From assembly GCA_951406725.2 (NCBI GenBank), contig OX597815.1, positions 115,010,001 through 115,074,000 of the forward strand: a DNA stretch of 64,000 nt. The letters run 5' to 3'. Numbering within the stretch: the first letter of the stretch is position 1; the number at the start of each line of letters is the position of its first letter. Below are positions 26,521-41,169 of the stretch, piece by piece. Source of the stretch: Octopus vulgaris (lineage: Eukaryota). The notes under the pieces were generated by a model, which was not told where the DNA came from, did not search any database, and worked only from the letters and a program-made list of their open reading frames with translations. The position numbers and the translations under genes were made by a program.

Positions 26521-27801
26521 GTGCGATGGGTAAATTGTCACCATTTTATATTTTCAATTTTGCACATCTGCACTATTTGTTTTTGATTTTGTTGACTACA
26601 CAGTATAGTAGGGTCAGTTGGGCACTGTCTATGAGAAAAACAGCACCATGACACAATTCACTCTGCCAGAAATTTGGAAACAATATGCTGTACTGTTTGG
26701 CATTCGCACCAGAAGCTCCAATATGAACATTTCAGAGTGTTTGGATGTCAATCTGAGGACAGTGCAGAGGATTTGGAAAGAGTTGGATGAGTCTAATGGT
26801 GATTACAAAGATACAGAAGCTCAGAAAACTCACTCTGATCATTCTGATAAGAAAAGAACTCCTGAATTTGTTGGTAAGATCCAGGCCATGATTGACAACA
26901 ACCCCTCCAAGTCAATCAGGTCCATTGCCAGGGATATGGGAGTGTCTGAGTTTCTTATCAGGCAGGTACCACATGAAGACATTTCGTGTTCCTCATACAA
27001 GATGAGAAGGCATCAATTTTTATCCCAAACTATCAATGACAAAAGGAAAGACCATGCTATGAAAAGTTTTTTAACAAATTCAAGCATCCCCTCCAACCAA
27101 ACATGCTTTAGTTTTTCTGAGAAAATTTCAGCCAGGATCAGACGGGCGAACTCACGGAACAACTGTTGGCTTGTCTTGTCCCTGAAACATGTACTAAGAG
27201 TGATAAAAATCAAACATCCAGTCAACATCATGGTGTTTGGAGTGATCACTAGTGATGGCAACGTTATGCCTCCATTCATCTTTCCACACAGCCTCAGACT
27301 CAACATGGAAGCCTGCATCAAGTGCCAGGAGGAGGTGGTGCTGCCTTGGGTAAAGAAGGCGGCCTCCGGAAGATCCTATATCTAGCAACAGGACTCCGCA
27401 ATATGTCACACAAGCAGGAGAACCCAGTCATGACTGTCAGACTATTTCTGCAACCACATCACCTCTAACATCTAGCCTCTTAACTCCCCAGACTGTAACC
27501 CCCTTGATTATTATGTGTGGGGTGCAGTTGAGTGAGAAACCATCAAAACTGCTTCTAACATAACAAGGTGAATTGAAAGGAAGGATTATGGCAGCATTGA
27601 CCAACTTAAACAAGGAGACTGTCTAGAAGAGCTGCAGGAGATTCCAAAGTCATCTAGAGGCTATGATTGAAGCCAATGGCGATTTTATTGAATAAATTTA
27701 CTCTTTAGTATTTCAAGATATTAATATATATGTTAAAATGAGCTGTCAGTGTTATTTTCATTTTTGTGTAATTTAGACGATAATTTATTTACTGCACCCT
27801 G
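26517..27801 (+). mobile_element. maT-family (DD37D) mariner-like transposon, complete ends, decayed
   Basis: TIRs cagagtgcg / tgcaccctg within TA runs. ORF 26618..27385 continues into QQDSA...SPDCNPLDYYVWG with 37 positions between the last two Asp. Confidence 0.88.
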
Positions 27802-27841
<40 letters not shown>

Positions 27842-28577
27842 TGAAGGCTTCTTTCAGTTTTTGTCTACCAAATCCACTCACAAGGCTTTGGTTAGCTTGA
27901 AGCTGTAGTAATAGACACTTGTCTGAGGTACCACTCAATAAGACTGAACCCAGAACCATGTGGTTGGGAACAAAGTTTTTACCATACAGCCATACCTGCA
28001 CCTATAGCGATGCTTGTGCTTATATACATATATATATATATATATATATCATCCAACCCATGATAGCATGGAAAACAGACATTAAATGATGATGATGATG
28101 ATGATGATGAAGACTTTCTCACTTCCCGAGTGTTAAACTAATACATCTGTTTGTTGTTTGCACACTTGTCTTCGTCTTTTGTTTTGTTTTTTTGTAAATT
28201 CCAGCTATATATATATAGATATAGATATATTATACAATGCCACTGACTGGTTGGCAAGACAGACAATCATTGCACAAATTCAATGGAAATTCAAAATGGT
28301 TCATTCTCTTTTATTGTAGCTATATTTATTTTATTGATTATAGAAAACTGAAGGTGGATAGATTTGTGTCTGTTGGCAGCATTGGAACAATGGATTGTTA
28401 CTTTTATACAGGTGAAAGGTGCAGCTGTAGCTATGTCATCTAGAAACTTGCTTCTCAACCATGTGGTTTCAGGTTCAGTCCTACTGCACAGTACCTTGGA
28501 CAAGTATCTTCTACAATATCCCCAGGTTAACCAGTGTTGTGAGTGGATCTGGTAATAGGAAACTGAAAGAGTATGTC

Positions 28578-28988
<411 letters not shown>

Positions 28989-29585
28989 TCCAGAACTGCC
29001 ATCTCTGAAAAGCATAGGGTTACATAATCGAGTCATTATCTAACACCCTGAACTCCTGGTGCAAAACCAATTTTTGCCCACCAGACAAAATGCTTAGTGG
29101 TACTTCTGGCTTTACATTCTGAGTTCAAATTCTGCCAAGGTCAACTTTACCTTTCGTTCTATTAGTATAAAAAAAAAAAGAAAGAAAAATAATGTAGTTG
29201 ACTAGCCATGTTTCACCAAGGTTTCAGGCCTTGTGTCTATTGTAGAAAGAATTAGAATCATCAATGGAACTTTTTTTTTATCTTTTGATCAGGAGGAAAG
29301 GCAGTGCTCATGACAATTTATGGGGATTCCAAGACTAGCAGAACAGAGGTGTTTTCAAACTACAGACCTGGCCTGAATATTTGCAAGAGTCCCTACTAGA
29401 GAAATCAAGGCATCAGATGGTAGTATTAATCCCTTTTAACTGGACAATTAAACTTCATGGTTATAAGCATAGGTATGGCTATGTGGTAAGTTTGCTTCCC
29501 AAGCCTTGTGAGTAGATTTCGTAGACAGAAACTGAAAGAAGCCTGTCATATATATATATATATATATGTAAGTGTATATATATAT

Positions 29586-30900
29586 ATCATCATCGTTTAA
29601 CGTCCGCTTTCCATGCTAGCATGGGTTGGACAATTTTGACTGAGGACTGGCGAACCAGATGGCTGCACCAGGCTCCAATCTTAATCTGGCAGAGTTTTTA
29701 CAGCTGGATGCCCTTCCTGGATGCCACTCCGAGAGTATAGTGGGTGCTTTTTATGTGCCACTGGCACAGGGGCCAGTCAGGCGGTACTGGCAATGACCTT
29801 GCTTGAATCTTTTTACACATGCCACTGGCACAGGTGCCAGTAAGGCAACACTGGTAACGATCACGCTTGAATGGTGATTTTTATGTGCCACCGGCATGGA
29901 AGCCAATTAGCCGCTCTGGCAATGATCACACTCAGATGGTTCTCTTGGCACCCTACTAGCATGGGCACAAGTGCCAGTAAGGCAATGCTGGTAACAATCA
30001 CACTCATATGGTGCCTTTTATGTGCCACTGGCATGGAAGCCGGTTAGCCGCTCTGTCAACGATCACATTCATATGGTGCTCTTTACACCCCGCTAGCACG
30101 GATGCCAGTCATCAAATTTGATTTTGATTTCACTTGCCTCAACAGGTCTTCGCAAGCACAGTTTAGTGTCCAAAGAAGGAAAAGATACGCATAAATGGGC
30201 TGGTTATGCTCCTGGCATAGGCCATGAGGTTATGGTCTCATTTGGCTTGCTGGGTCTTCTCAAGCACAGCATATTTCCAAAAGTCTCGTTCATTAGTCAT
30301 TTCCTTAGAGAGGCCTAAAGTTTGAAGGTCGTGTTTCACCACTTCATCCCAGGTCTACCTCTTCCACAGGTTCCCTCAACCACTAGGGTGTGGCACTTTT
30401 TCACACAGCTATCCTCATCCATTCTTGTCACATGACCATACCAGCACAGACGTCTCTCTTGCACACCACATCTGATGTTTCTTAGGTCCAACTTTTCTCT
30501 CAAGGTACTAACACTCTGTCGAGTATGCACACTGACATTACACATAACATCGGATCATACTGGCTTCATTTCTTGAGAGCTTACGCATGTCCTCAGCAGT
30601 CACAGCCCATGTTTCACTGCCATGTAGCATGGCTGTTCATACACAAGCATCATACAGTCTACCTTTTACTCTGAGCGAGAGGCCCTTTGTCACCAGCAGA
30701 GGTAAGAGCTCTCTGAACTTTGCCCAAGCTATTCTTATTCTAGCAGCTACACTTTTAGCGCACCCTCCTCCACTACTGTCTTGGTCACCTAGGTAATGGA
30801 AGCTATCAACTACTTCTAGTTTTTCTCCCTGGAATGTGGCGGAAGTTGGTCTCTGCGCATTTTCAGTGTTTATTGCTCCCGAGCATCTGCCACATACAAA
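29586..30900 (-). mobile_element. 5'-truncated RTE LINE (RT C-terminus + 3' UTR + tail)
   Basis: EKLEVVDSFHYLGD...RIAWAKFRELLPLL...RRLCWYGHV; homologous to 1683-2940. Confidence 0.9.
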
Positions 30901-31454
30901 AACATATACATATGTGATGACTGTCAAGTATATGTGTGTGAGTGTATGTGAGAGTGTATGTGTGAGTATACATATATTTTTGTGATGATTGACACACACA
31001 CACACATGTGCACACGTGAGAGAGAGAGAGTGTGTGTGTGTGATGTACCACAAAAGTCTAGAATTAGTTCACATGCACATCTCCACATACATATACATTT
31101 GTGATGACTGACAAGTATATAATGAATATTGTTTACCCTGAGGTGTGTGTGAATGTATGTCTGTGTATCTGTCTTAGTATATGTATGTGAGTGCATGTGT
31201 TAGTGTGTATGTGTATGTGAGTGTATGTGTGATCATTTTTATTTTCATTTGGATTAAAACAATATAACACTTTATCTACACATATCTATATGCATATATA
31301 CATATGTGATAACTGACAAGTATATAATGAATATTGTTTACCCTGAGGTGTGCGTGAATGTATGTCTGTGTGTGTCTGTCTTAGTATATGCATGTGAGTG
31401 TATGTGTGAGTGTACATGAGAGTGTATGCGTGTGTGAGTGTATGTGTGACTGTC

Positions 31455-32052
31455 AATTACGCTTTTGTAAACCGGTTATGTGAAAGAGCTATACTGGCTC
31501 CAACTAATGAAATGGCTGATAAACTCAATCATGAACTTCTTCAAAAGTTAACAGATACACCAGAAATTACTTTTTGATCAATTCACAGAACAGCCGATCA
31601 AGATCTGACTGTTCAATACCCTGTTGAATTGCTGAACACACTTGAACCCAATGGGATGCCACCACACAACTTGACACTAAAGCTGGGTGCTCCCATTATG
31701 TTGTTTAGGAGTCAAACTAAGTTTTGGTATTTCAATTAACAAATCTCAGGATCAATCCCTCAAGGTAGTTGGAGTTGATCCCTCTACTACATGCTTCTCC
31801 CATGGCCAACTCTATGCTGGTTGCTCATGAGTTGGAAGTAGCAATAATTTATTCATTTGGTCACTAACAAAAAATTATTCAATGAATGTTGTTTACCCTG
31901 AGGTGCTTGAAGATTGACAGATTTTCAGTTCTAAATTCTATTAGCATTACAATTTGGATATTTTAAAATAAGAATAGACATTTTGAAATAATTATGAAAA
32001 ATAAAATATATCTTCATATTTATTGTTTACTGATCTGAATAAGATCAGCTAG
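31455..32052 (+). mobile_element. Helitron relic, Pif1-like helicase C-terminus and 3' end
   Basis: RAILAPTN...YPVELLNTLEPNGMPPHNLTLKLGAPIML...INKSQ...FSHGQLYA. Ends in hairpin ctgatct/agatcag plus CTAG at 32049-32052. Confidence 0.85.
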
Positions 32053-32074
32053 TATATATATATATATATATATA

Positions 32075-32385
32075 TGTGCAGAGACCACCTTCGGTCAGGA
32101 ATAACCATGGGATTGCACCTAGAAAGTTACCCTCCCAGGCACAAGTCTGGGCAAGGTTGTTTATGGAAGACCAGCAGTCGCCCATGCATACCGACCTCCC
32201 CTCTCTATGCCACCAGTGTTATCCAAGGGAAAGGCAAAGTCCGATACAGCTTGGCATCAGTGACGTCACAACTCATTTCTACAGCTGAGTGAACTGGAGC
32301 AACGTGAAATAAGGTGTCTTGCTCATGAACACAACACGCAGCCCAGTCTAGGATTTGAACTCACAACCTCACAGTCGTAAGATTG
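32075..32385 (-). mobile_element. tRNA-derived SINE with CORE-like centre
   Basis: Minus strand gagttcaaatcc B box, then gagcaagacaccttatttcacgttgctccagttcactcagctgtagaaatgag. Related heads and cores at 34372-34672 (+) and 44655-44878 (-). Confidence 0.7.
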
Positions 32386-32691
32386 AAGGTGTATATACAT
32401 ACACACACACACACACTATGTGTGTGTGTTTGTGTTTGTCCTCCATCACTGCTTGACAACCAGTGTTGATGTATTTATGTCCCCGTAACCTAGCAGTTCA
32501 GCAACATAAACCAATAGAATAAGTACTAGGCTTAGAAAAAAAAAAGTACTAAAGTCAATTCATTTGACTAAAAATTCTTCAAGGTGGTACCCCAGCATGG
32601 CCTCAGTCTAATGACTGAAAAAGATAAAAGATAAATGGTAAAAAATTCTAGTAATGATGTTAAATACATACCAAAAATGACTAGTCTGTCT

Positions 32692-32912
32692 TTAACCCTC
32701 TCACATTTAAATTAGCCATATCAGGCCCAAATTTTCTACCTGTTTTATGTTCAAACTGGCCAGATCTGACTTCTCATATTAACTTAACAATGTCATTCTA
32801 AAAATACACTATCACATTATCAAAATCTCAAAGGTACAAGATAATATATGATTAATTCAAAACAATGTAAATAAATAAATATTACATATGACAAAGTAAT
32901 CTGAACACTAAA
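32692..32912. mobile_element. piggyBac-type MITE, right end clipped
   Basis: Homologous to 22060-22287. Confidence 0.75.
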
Positions 32913-34371
32913 TCTCTATATTTTTATTTTTATAATTTTTTTTATTTCTTTTTCATTTGTTTCGGTCATTTGATTGTGGTCATGCTGGAGCACCAACTAA
33001 GTTGTTTATGTTTGTTTAATAGCAATGAAAATATGTATATAGAGTGAGAAACTAAACCATATGGATAATACAAAGTCGAATAGAAACATGGAAATAGCAG
33101 TTAAAATATTGTCAAGCCTTCATCAACAGTTCCTCTATAGAACTGCCACCACATGAATTTATCTAAATAACCAGGAAACATTGTAGAGAAAATACATATA
33201 ATTAGACTTGAGTAATTTTTGTACAATTCATCCATATACATTCCACATTGTGTATCCCTCTAACAGGCTCAATGATCTTTGCATTTAAAGACTGAAAACA
33301 TTCAATAATGAAAGTAAATTAATGGACCATGTTGTTCCGTAGTGCTGAAATATATTATTCTATATTTATTGAACAAAGTGTTAATAAATTATAAAAAAAG
33401 GCAAATAATATTGTGACATGTGATAACTTTGTTGCTACACAGTGGTCAGTTTATTACTGATGATGTCACAGGAAGGACAAATCCTTGTTCCTTCAGAGAG
33501 ATTTTTAAAATTAAACTATGATCAATGTATTGCTTTTATAACTTTTAATCCATGATGACATGAAAGAAATCAATTCATAACTCTGCTTTTTCAGGAGGAA
33601 ATGGGAAGACAAATATTTTTTACTAGTTTTAAAGAAAAGTGTGCTTGCCTGGTTTCTTGATATGCCCCAGTGCTGAAGTGCATTTTAAGAAAATATACAT
33701 AGAATACCACTGTTCAACCTGTCATAAAGATTGTAATGTTAAATATCAGGCTAACAGTACCTTAAGAAAGACTAAAATACAAATAACTGAAAAATGAGCT
33801 GGTTGATAAAGTAATTGAAAAATGAGTTGGTTGGTGAACAGAAAAAAAAAACTTCAACAAAATTTATTTCACTTTCAGCAGCATTCTTCCATTGTTGCCA
33901 AAGTGCTTGAAAAAAAAAAAAGGAAAAGAAAAAAGTTGACAGTAGGAAGTAATGAAAAAATACATGTTTGTGGCTAACATGGTTTTGTTTCATAAATAAA
34001 GTAGATATATTATATTTGTAATAAAATCATACCATCTTCAAGGAATACAGTTACAGAATACAAACTATGTTTCAAAATGTACAAAACAAAGTAAAATGTG
34101 ATTTTGAAAAAAAAAAAAAAAAAATGAAGACTTCTCTTCTTTTGTTACTTGGCAGTTTGTTGAGTTAAATGAGACGGTCAATTTTCCCTAGCTCAGTGAT
34201 CTTTTTCACATGAAAGGATTTCTCAGCCAACATTAGAAAAGGGGTTTTTAAAATATCATTCCTCAAAAAGGGAAAATGCTTGATAAGGATATTAAGCTTT
34301 TCAAGAACTTTGTTTGTGAAAATGTTGCACAACTTTCAAAAGTTAGTTTCAATGACAAGAGATAGGGGGAA

Positions 34372-34890
34372 GGTGTGTGGCACAGTGGTTAGGGTATTCA
34401 GTTCATGATCATAAGGTCATGAGTTCGATTCCTGGCAACATGCTATGTCCTTGAGTAAGACACTTTATTTTACATTGCTCCAGTCCCCTCAAATGGCAAA
34501 AATGAGTAGTACCTGTATTTCAAAGGACCAACCATGTCACATTCTGTGTCACACTGAATTTTCATGAGAATAACATTAATGGTGCATGTGTCTGTGGAGT
34601 GCTCAGCTACTTGCATGTTAATTTCCATTGATCAGATCAACTGGAATACTCATTGTCATAACAGAGTGTCAGTTCCAGGGCAGTGAGCTAGCAGAATTGT
34701 TCGTATACCAAGCAAAGTGCTTAGTGGCATTTCATCCATCTTAATGTTCTGAGTTCAAATTCCACCAAGGTTGACTTTGCTTTTCATCCATTCAAGGTTT
34801 ATAAGTACCAGCTGAGCAATGGGGGAGCAATGTTATTGACTTACTCCCTCCTCTGAAAATGTTGGACTTGTGCCAAAATTCGAGCCCAAT
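34372..34890 (+). mobile_element. Two adjacent SINEs (CORE-like 34372-34672; family B 34678-34890)
   Basis: A/B boxes tggcacagtggttag / gagttcgattcc. The second carries the ggttgactttgc core. Confidence 0.7.
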
Positions 34891-36790
34891 CATGAGATAC
34901 AATAAAAATATGTTTTGCTTTTCTTTGTAAGAAGCTTGAGGCTTTCCTATCTTTTATTAGTTACCAGTTAATCATTGCTCAACATTAGCACTTTAATAAT
35001 TCATGGCTGATTCTATGTTCCAAAGTTACTAAATATGACTGCATCATGATAATCTTTGTTAAAATCATAAATTCCATTCAGGTAGAGCTCTATAACACAG
35101 GCTGTTTAAGGTCCTTTTGAAAGAAGTTGATGCCATGTCAGGTGATATCATTGTATGCATGGAAGTCTGTTGATTAAGTAAAGACAAAGCAATCTGTGAA
35201 TTTTGTGATTTCTGTTGATTAGCTGATTTATCATTTTTGAATGATGTCACAATGAAACTTAATAATTCTGATCTCAGATAGCAAACAAAAATGTTCAACA
35301 TTTTCCAAGTTTAAAAACTGTTGTCTGATTTTAGAACAATAGATGGTTTCTGCTAACTTCCAGGATCAATTTTTAATTTTACTGCTATTGTAGGTCCATC
35401 CACATTTATCTTGAACCTATTTATAAATGTATGAGTGCAAGACATTGCTCCCCAAACTATTCTTCTTTTCAAATGAAGCAAAATCTAAAGTGATTTGTAG
35501 TTAAAATGTCATGTAGGAGACTTTTCAAGCTATGATTTTTGATAATGATTTTAAAATCTGTAGGATGATTACAACTAATTGATACCCATCTTATTGGCTG
35601 CATGAGAATGGTGTAAACAAAATATGAACCAGACACTCAAACTCTTGTCAAAGAAATGCAGTGTTAAGGATCACATTAAAATATTTTAAAAGCCATCATC
35701 ACTGTCCTCTTCCTCCTTGCTGTTGCCATTGTTGTCAGTTTACATTGGCTTTCCGCACTGGTAAAGATTAGATGAGTTGACAAAACTCAAGTTAGTTTTT
35801 ACTTAGATGAATAGGAGGATAATGTCTTACTTTTATGTTCCATTTTGATAATGGTTCCTGTTTCTGGATGCCTTTCCTAATGCCAGTTGGGTATTAGATG
35901 AATTTTATCATAGCACTAGCACTAGAGAGGCTGTCATGTCTTCTCCAAGATTTAAGAGTCCTCTCTACATTGTCTCTACATCTTATATGATTGTATACCC
36001 AAATGACATTCTATCTGTAGCAATAATATTTTTAAGCATATCAGTTTTTATATATTTTATGATGCCCACAGTACTTTGTCAGTAAATGCCCCTTACACCT
36101 ACTAAAGTTTGGACAATCCTAGTTCAATCAATAGGATGCTGGATGACCAACCAAAAAGGTTTTAGTTTATATCATATCACAAGCCAACCACTGCAATGTG
36201 TTGAATGCAGACAATTCACTACAAACATCTGAGTTCACCTAATTCTAAGAAGAAACTGTAGGAAAGTATATTTTACTGCTATAAATAGCATTAGCACTTT
36301 AATAATTCATGGCTGATTCCTTAGTTTGCAGTGATCAGTTCAGTTCATGCCATGTAAAAACTACTTGCAACAGATCAGTGTCCTATGCAGAGGGAGGTTA
36401 ACTCTGATTTGCTTTAACACAAAAGAAACCAGATATAAAAGCTTGCATCAGCCTAAAGAATCCTTGTGATTTAGAAAAGAATATTTTCCAAACATTTAGA
36501 ACTTAAAAACATCAGCTTGCTTTTGTAAATTCAGTAGCAAGTTTTTTGGCCAAGTTTAAGTTGTCGCACTGAACAGGTTGAATAGCTTCCTCAAACTCCT
36601 TCATTAACCCTAACAAATTAATTAATTCCAGTCCCTAACATTTGTAATTCTCAGTGGCTAGTCATTGTGTTGTAGATCTAAACAAAGCATTTCATAATCA
36701 TGAACAAATTAAATAAATAAAAAGCTATTAGTCTGCTGGTGATCAAAGCTGCAAGATGAGATTAGCAAAAAAAGAATTCTTAATTTTTAC

Positions 36791-36913
36791 CTGATGACTA
36801 ATCTTCTTTTTTCTAGCAGTACATTCTGTTTTAAGGAGTGTATAGGGAGCTGTAGTTTCAGATTCAACAACTGCTATACTTGATGGACTTTGTGCAATCC
36901 TCTGGATTATTGG
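36791..36913 (-). CDS. Uncharacterised gene, duplicated phase-0 exon C (123 nt)
   Basis: ttaaag|CCA...CAG|gtaaaaa. The only open frame gives PIIQRIAQSPSSIAVVESETTAPYTLLKTECTARKKKISHQ. Confidence 0.6.
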
Positions 36914-37919
36914 CTTTAATGAGAAATATAACTAGTTACAAAAATATTCCATGACAAAATAAGATTGGAAACTATATCTGTTTAGTCACCTTGAACTGAA
37001 TAAATCCTCTAATAGCCAAATTCACTTTAATCCTTATTGCAGTGGCTATTATGTAGTGTGTGTGTGTGCATACATGCATGTGTGTGTGCATACATGCGTG
37101 TGTGTGTGTGTATGCGTGCATGCATATGTATGTACATACATACATACTTACATATATACATGCATATATTATTATCATCACTCTTTAACATCCATTTCCT
37201 ATGCTGGCAGGGGTTGGATGGTTTGGCAGGAAGCAACATGCCAGAAGACTAAGCCATGCTCCAAATTCTCCTATGGCTTGGCTGCTGTGGTCAGATTACC
37301 CTCCCAGATGCCAACCATTCTACATAGTGTGCAGGATTCATTTTCATAGCACTAGCACTGGTGAGATGATGAAATAACTCACAACACAAGACATCTCAAC
37401 TGAGTGGAAGTATAGCATTGAGAGAGGTAGTGTTGAGTATCTATATGATAGACAGACAAGAACAGGAGTCTTGCTGAAGAGGAATACATGGCTTCCTCAG
37501 CTTGAAAGAGAGTAAAGAGATAGTGAGAGCATACCCTCAAAGTATAAGGTGAATATAAAAGAGAGAATAGAGATAAAGGATCATAAAGGGTGGGTGGATA
37601 GGTAAGTTTGAAAGAATGTAAAAGGAGAATGACAAATGACTGGGGAGGGGGATAAAGGTGGATGCAGTGAATGAACCCATGGGTGGAGGCATGGTTAATG
37701 GTGAATCAGTTTGTGGGTAGGAGAGTGAAGGAAATAGGAGTAGATCAAACATGAGAAGTGGGTGATAAGTGAGATTATTAATGAGAAGATGTCAAGTGTA
37801 GGGAGATAAATGTTATCATTTAGAGCTCTTAGTAGTGCTGTAGTAAGATGATAGAGGAATGGGAATTAGATGAGTTGTAGGGGAAGGATTGACAGGACCT
37901 CATTTTTTCTGCAGATGGA

Positions 37920-40760
37920 CAGATCTTATCAAGCATATTGCCAATCATCTTGGTCCTTTGTTATCTCCTCTGCCAGGCTCCACATCTTGATGTTAGTCTT
38001 CACTACTTCATCACAAGCCTTTCTGGGTCTCCCTCTTCTATAGGTTCCATCCTTATTTAGCAATCTTCACTTTTTATGCAGATGTCTTCATCCATCCACA
38101 TCACATGGCCTTACTGGCAATCTTCTCTCTTATACATTATATCTGATGCATCTTATTTCCAATTTTTCTCTCAACATATTAGCTTACAATGGCTTCCAAC
38201 AGAATCATTTTGTTCAAAAGTTAGTTACAATGCTTTACTTGACTCATATACAAGCTACACTTCTTGTTACTTGTCAGCTCTTGTTCCTAATTTAATAAAA
38301 TTACAATGTTTTGTTTAAAAACACTAGCTGATATTCATTTACACATGCTTTTCAAAAGCACATTTAATGGACTTTTTCACTAACACTTTCATACTTTAAA
38401 TTAGTGACTGCTCTCCTGCTCTCACTAAATATTTGTACTTTGTTATACCAGCTCACTAATGTTGTATGCCCAGCAGATCATGCTAGCTTTATTTCATTTT
38501 AGTTTAAATATGTCCTCTGTATTCACAGCTCAAGTTTCACAATCATGTAGCATTGCTGTTTATACACAAACATCATACAATCTGCTTTTCACTCTGAGAG
38601 AGAAGCCTTTTGTAATCAACAGAAATAATTGCTCTCTGAACATTCTCCAGCTGGTTCTTTTTCTAACAACAATACTTTCAGAACATCTTGCTTCCATACT
38701 TGGAACTTTGTTTCTAAGTCTGCTACAGTTTCAGCTATAAGAACAAGATCATCAGCAGAGAGCTTAAATCTCCTATAATGCATAGGAGGGAACTGAGAAC
38801 CAAGGCCAGATGAACTTCTACCTGCACACTGAATTCATTGGTGTGCTCATTGTTAATTCTTACCCTATTGACAGCACTTCTGTATATGGTTTGAAAAGCT
38901 CTTACCAGCCATTCATCAACTTATAACTTCCACATTGACCACCAGATCAGATATGAGGGACTTTACTGAAGGCTTTCTTCCAGTCAACAAATACCATCAC
39001 ACTGTGTAGTGTTTGTGTATGTGTGAAAGTGCTTGTACCTCCTTTGATAGATAGAAGGAAAATAGTTTCCTTATGGCTAAATATTTCTCCTGCAATTACC
39101 TTACTAGAAAGAGTGCATCTGTAGTACTTCTCCCCAACACAAAACTAAACTGCATCACATCTAGACTAATTCTCTTCCTATTAATTGTGCTATAACTCTT
39201 TCTGCAACCTTCATGACCTAGTCCAACAATTTGGTACCTTTATAATTACTTTTCTCTAAGGCCTCTCCTTTATCCTTAAACAGTTGACTATGATGCTGAT
39301 ACACCACTTGCTGGATATGATACCTTTTTTAAACAATCTGATTAACTATACAGGTTCTATAGGCTGAATTCGATTTCACAGCTATTTTAAGCATCTCAGA
39401 AGCTATTCCTGGTGGACGAAAAGGTTTTCCTGTCTTCATATCCTTAATTGCTTTGTCTATCATACTGCTGTCAACTAGAATGGCTAGACCCTCTATCAGG
39501 TTCACATTAGAAAAACTCTCTTTTTACTATTCATTCTCCACATTTAGTAACCTTTCATATTAGTCATTTCATGCCTCTTTCTATCAAAAATCACAATATG
39601 TAAGCATATCATTATCCATCCATACACACTTCCCTGCACAACATGTTGATTTTCTCTGATACACTATCTTGTAATCTGGAACATCTCATGTCTCTAGTCC
39701 TCATGCCATAGAACATTGACAAACCTCTTGCTAATTAGACTTGTCCCCTAGCTTCTCTTCTAGCTACCTGATATTGTTCTCTACTGCCTCTGCTCTCTTA
39801 ATCTTCCCAAGCCAGTCTCTTCACTGTTCCACCAACCACATCACTCTTAGTCTGTAGCACTTGGTAGGTTTTCCCATAATAACTTCCATTTATCCTCAGT
39901 TATACATCTGTGTCTCCTTCTTGTTAAATACTTCAGTTAGAACGTCTGTAAATGTCTGTTCAATAGATCTTTAGGCTTCCAAATCTTCCTTTTTCAAGTT
40001 GGTTTACATCTCTGTATCCTTCTAGCTCTGAATCTGAAGTCAATAATCACCAATCCATGTTGAGTTGTACATTCTTCACAACAGAAGGAATTTGGATTCA
40101 CAAGCATCTGTTGAGAATGTAGTTAATTTGGCTTGTGTGTCCAGCAGACTGATAGGTCATCAGGTAGCTGGCTGGCTGGTTTTCTGAAGTTAGTGTTGCA
40201 GATTATCAGATCATTTGCATCACAGAACTTCAACAGCCTTGTACTTTCCTCTAAAGCTGAAACCTCCATGTACACCATAAAATCCATTGGAGTGCTGCCC
40301 AATGTGTCTGCTGAAGTCACCAGCTACAATAATAAGGACATTGTCATTCATCACTGAGATAATCTGCAGAAGTACCTCACAGAAATGGTCCTTCTATTTA
40401 TCTGCCAAGTCAGATTGTGGAACATAGGCCAAGATAAATGTTACTGTAGCATTACCTAATATCAGTTTTAACTTAATCCTATTACACACTCTGACTACTG
40501 CAATTACTTTCTCTGTCCATTTCTATGCCAGAGTATGCCTACACCACTCATGCCATCACTGCTACTTACCCAGAAGAACTTGTACCTGTGTTCCTTGTCC
40601 ATAAGGTGGCTAGTAGAGGCTCCTCTCTGTCTTACTTCTTGTACACAGTGTACATATACACACCTCTGTTCTAGCATTTCAGCAATCTCACCAGACCTAC
40701 CTTTTATTGTGCAAACATTGATTGTAGTGGCTGTAAGGATACGTTCTGAAGAGGGGAAAG
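37920..40760 (-). mobile_element. Old, heavily decayed RTE LINE (near full length)
   Basis: TINVCTIKGRSGEIAEML...CVQEVR, TRLLKFCDANDLIICNTNFRKP and later RT remnants, collinear with 2300-5200. Confidence 0.8.
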
Positions 40761-41169
40761 GTAATTGATAGGTTGTTTTCAGCTTCTGAAAAGATTTTTG
40801 CAAACCACTACCAGCAGGATGTGAGTTCTTGCACCATATATATATAGAACATGGTGTAGTGTATGTTCTAGCTAATGCCTTAAGTAATTCTAATATAATT
40901 GTTTCAAGCAGGCATTAATTCATGCTTCAATGTCACAATATATTCACATATTTCAGCTTTTCTTTATATATTTCATCTGACCCTTTCTCTGAGTTTGTGG
41001 TGAGTCTGATAAAATAGAGGGGCTGCCTTAAAGGTAACTGAGAGTCAAATTGATAAAAATCCAATCTACATGACTTACTAAATTCATGTAAATTCATGAA
41101 TTAAAAACAAACAAGCTGGTGATCATAGCAACAAGAAGAGATTAAGAAAAGTGAATTTTACATTTTTAC

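Noticed and set aside
33085-33135. Hammerhead-like TTGATGAAGGC on the minus strand
   Set aside because: The core is mutated and there is no paired stem II or GAAA.
35065-35301. 78-aa minus-strand ORF as terminal coding exon
   Set aside because: No phase-0 acceptor in this frame near its start; more likely 3' UTR or intron, so it is left uncalled.
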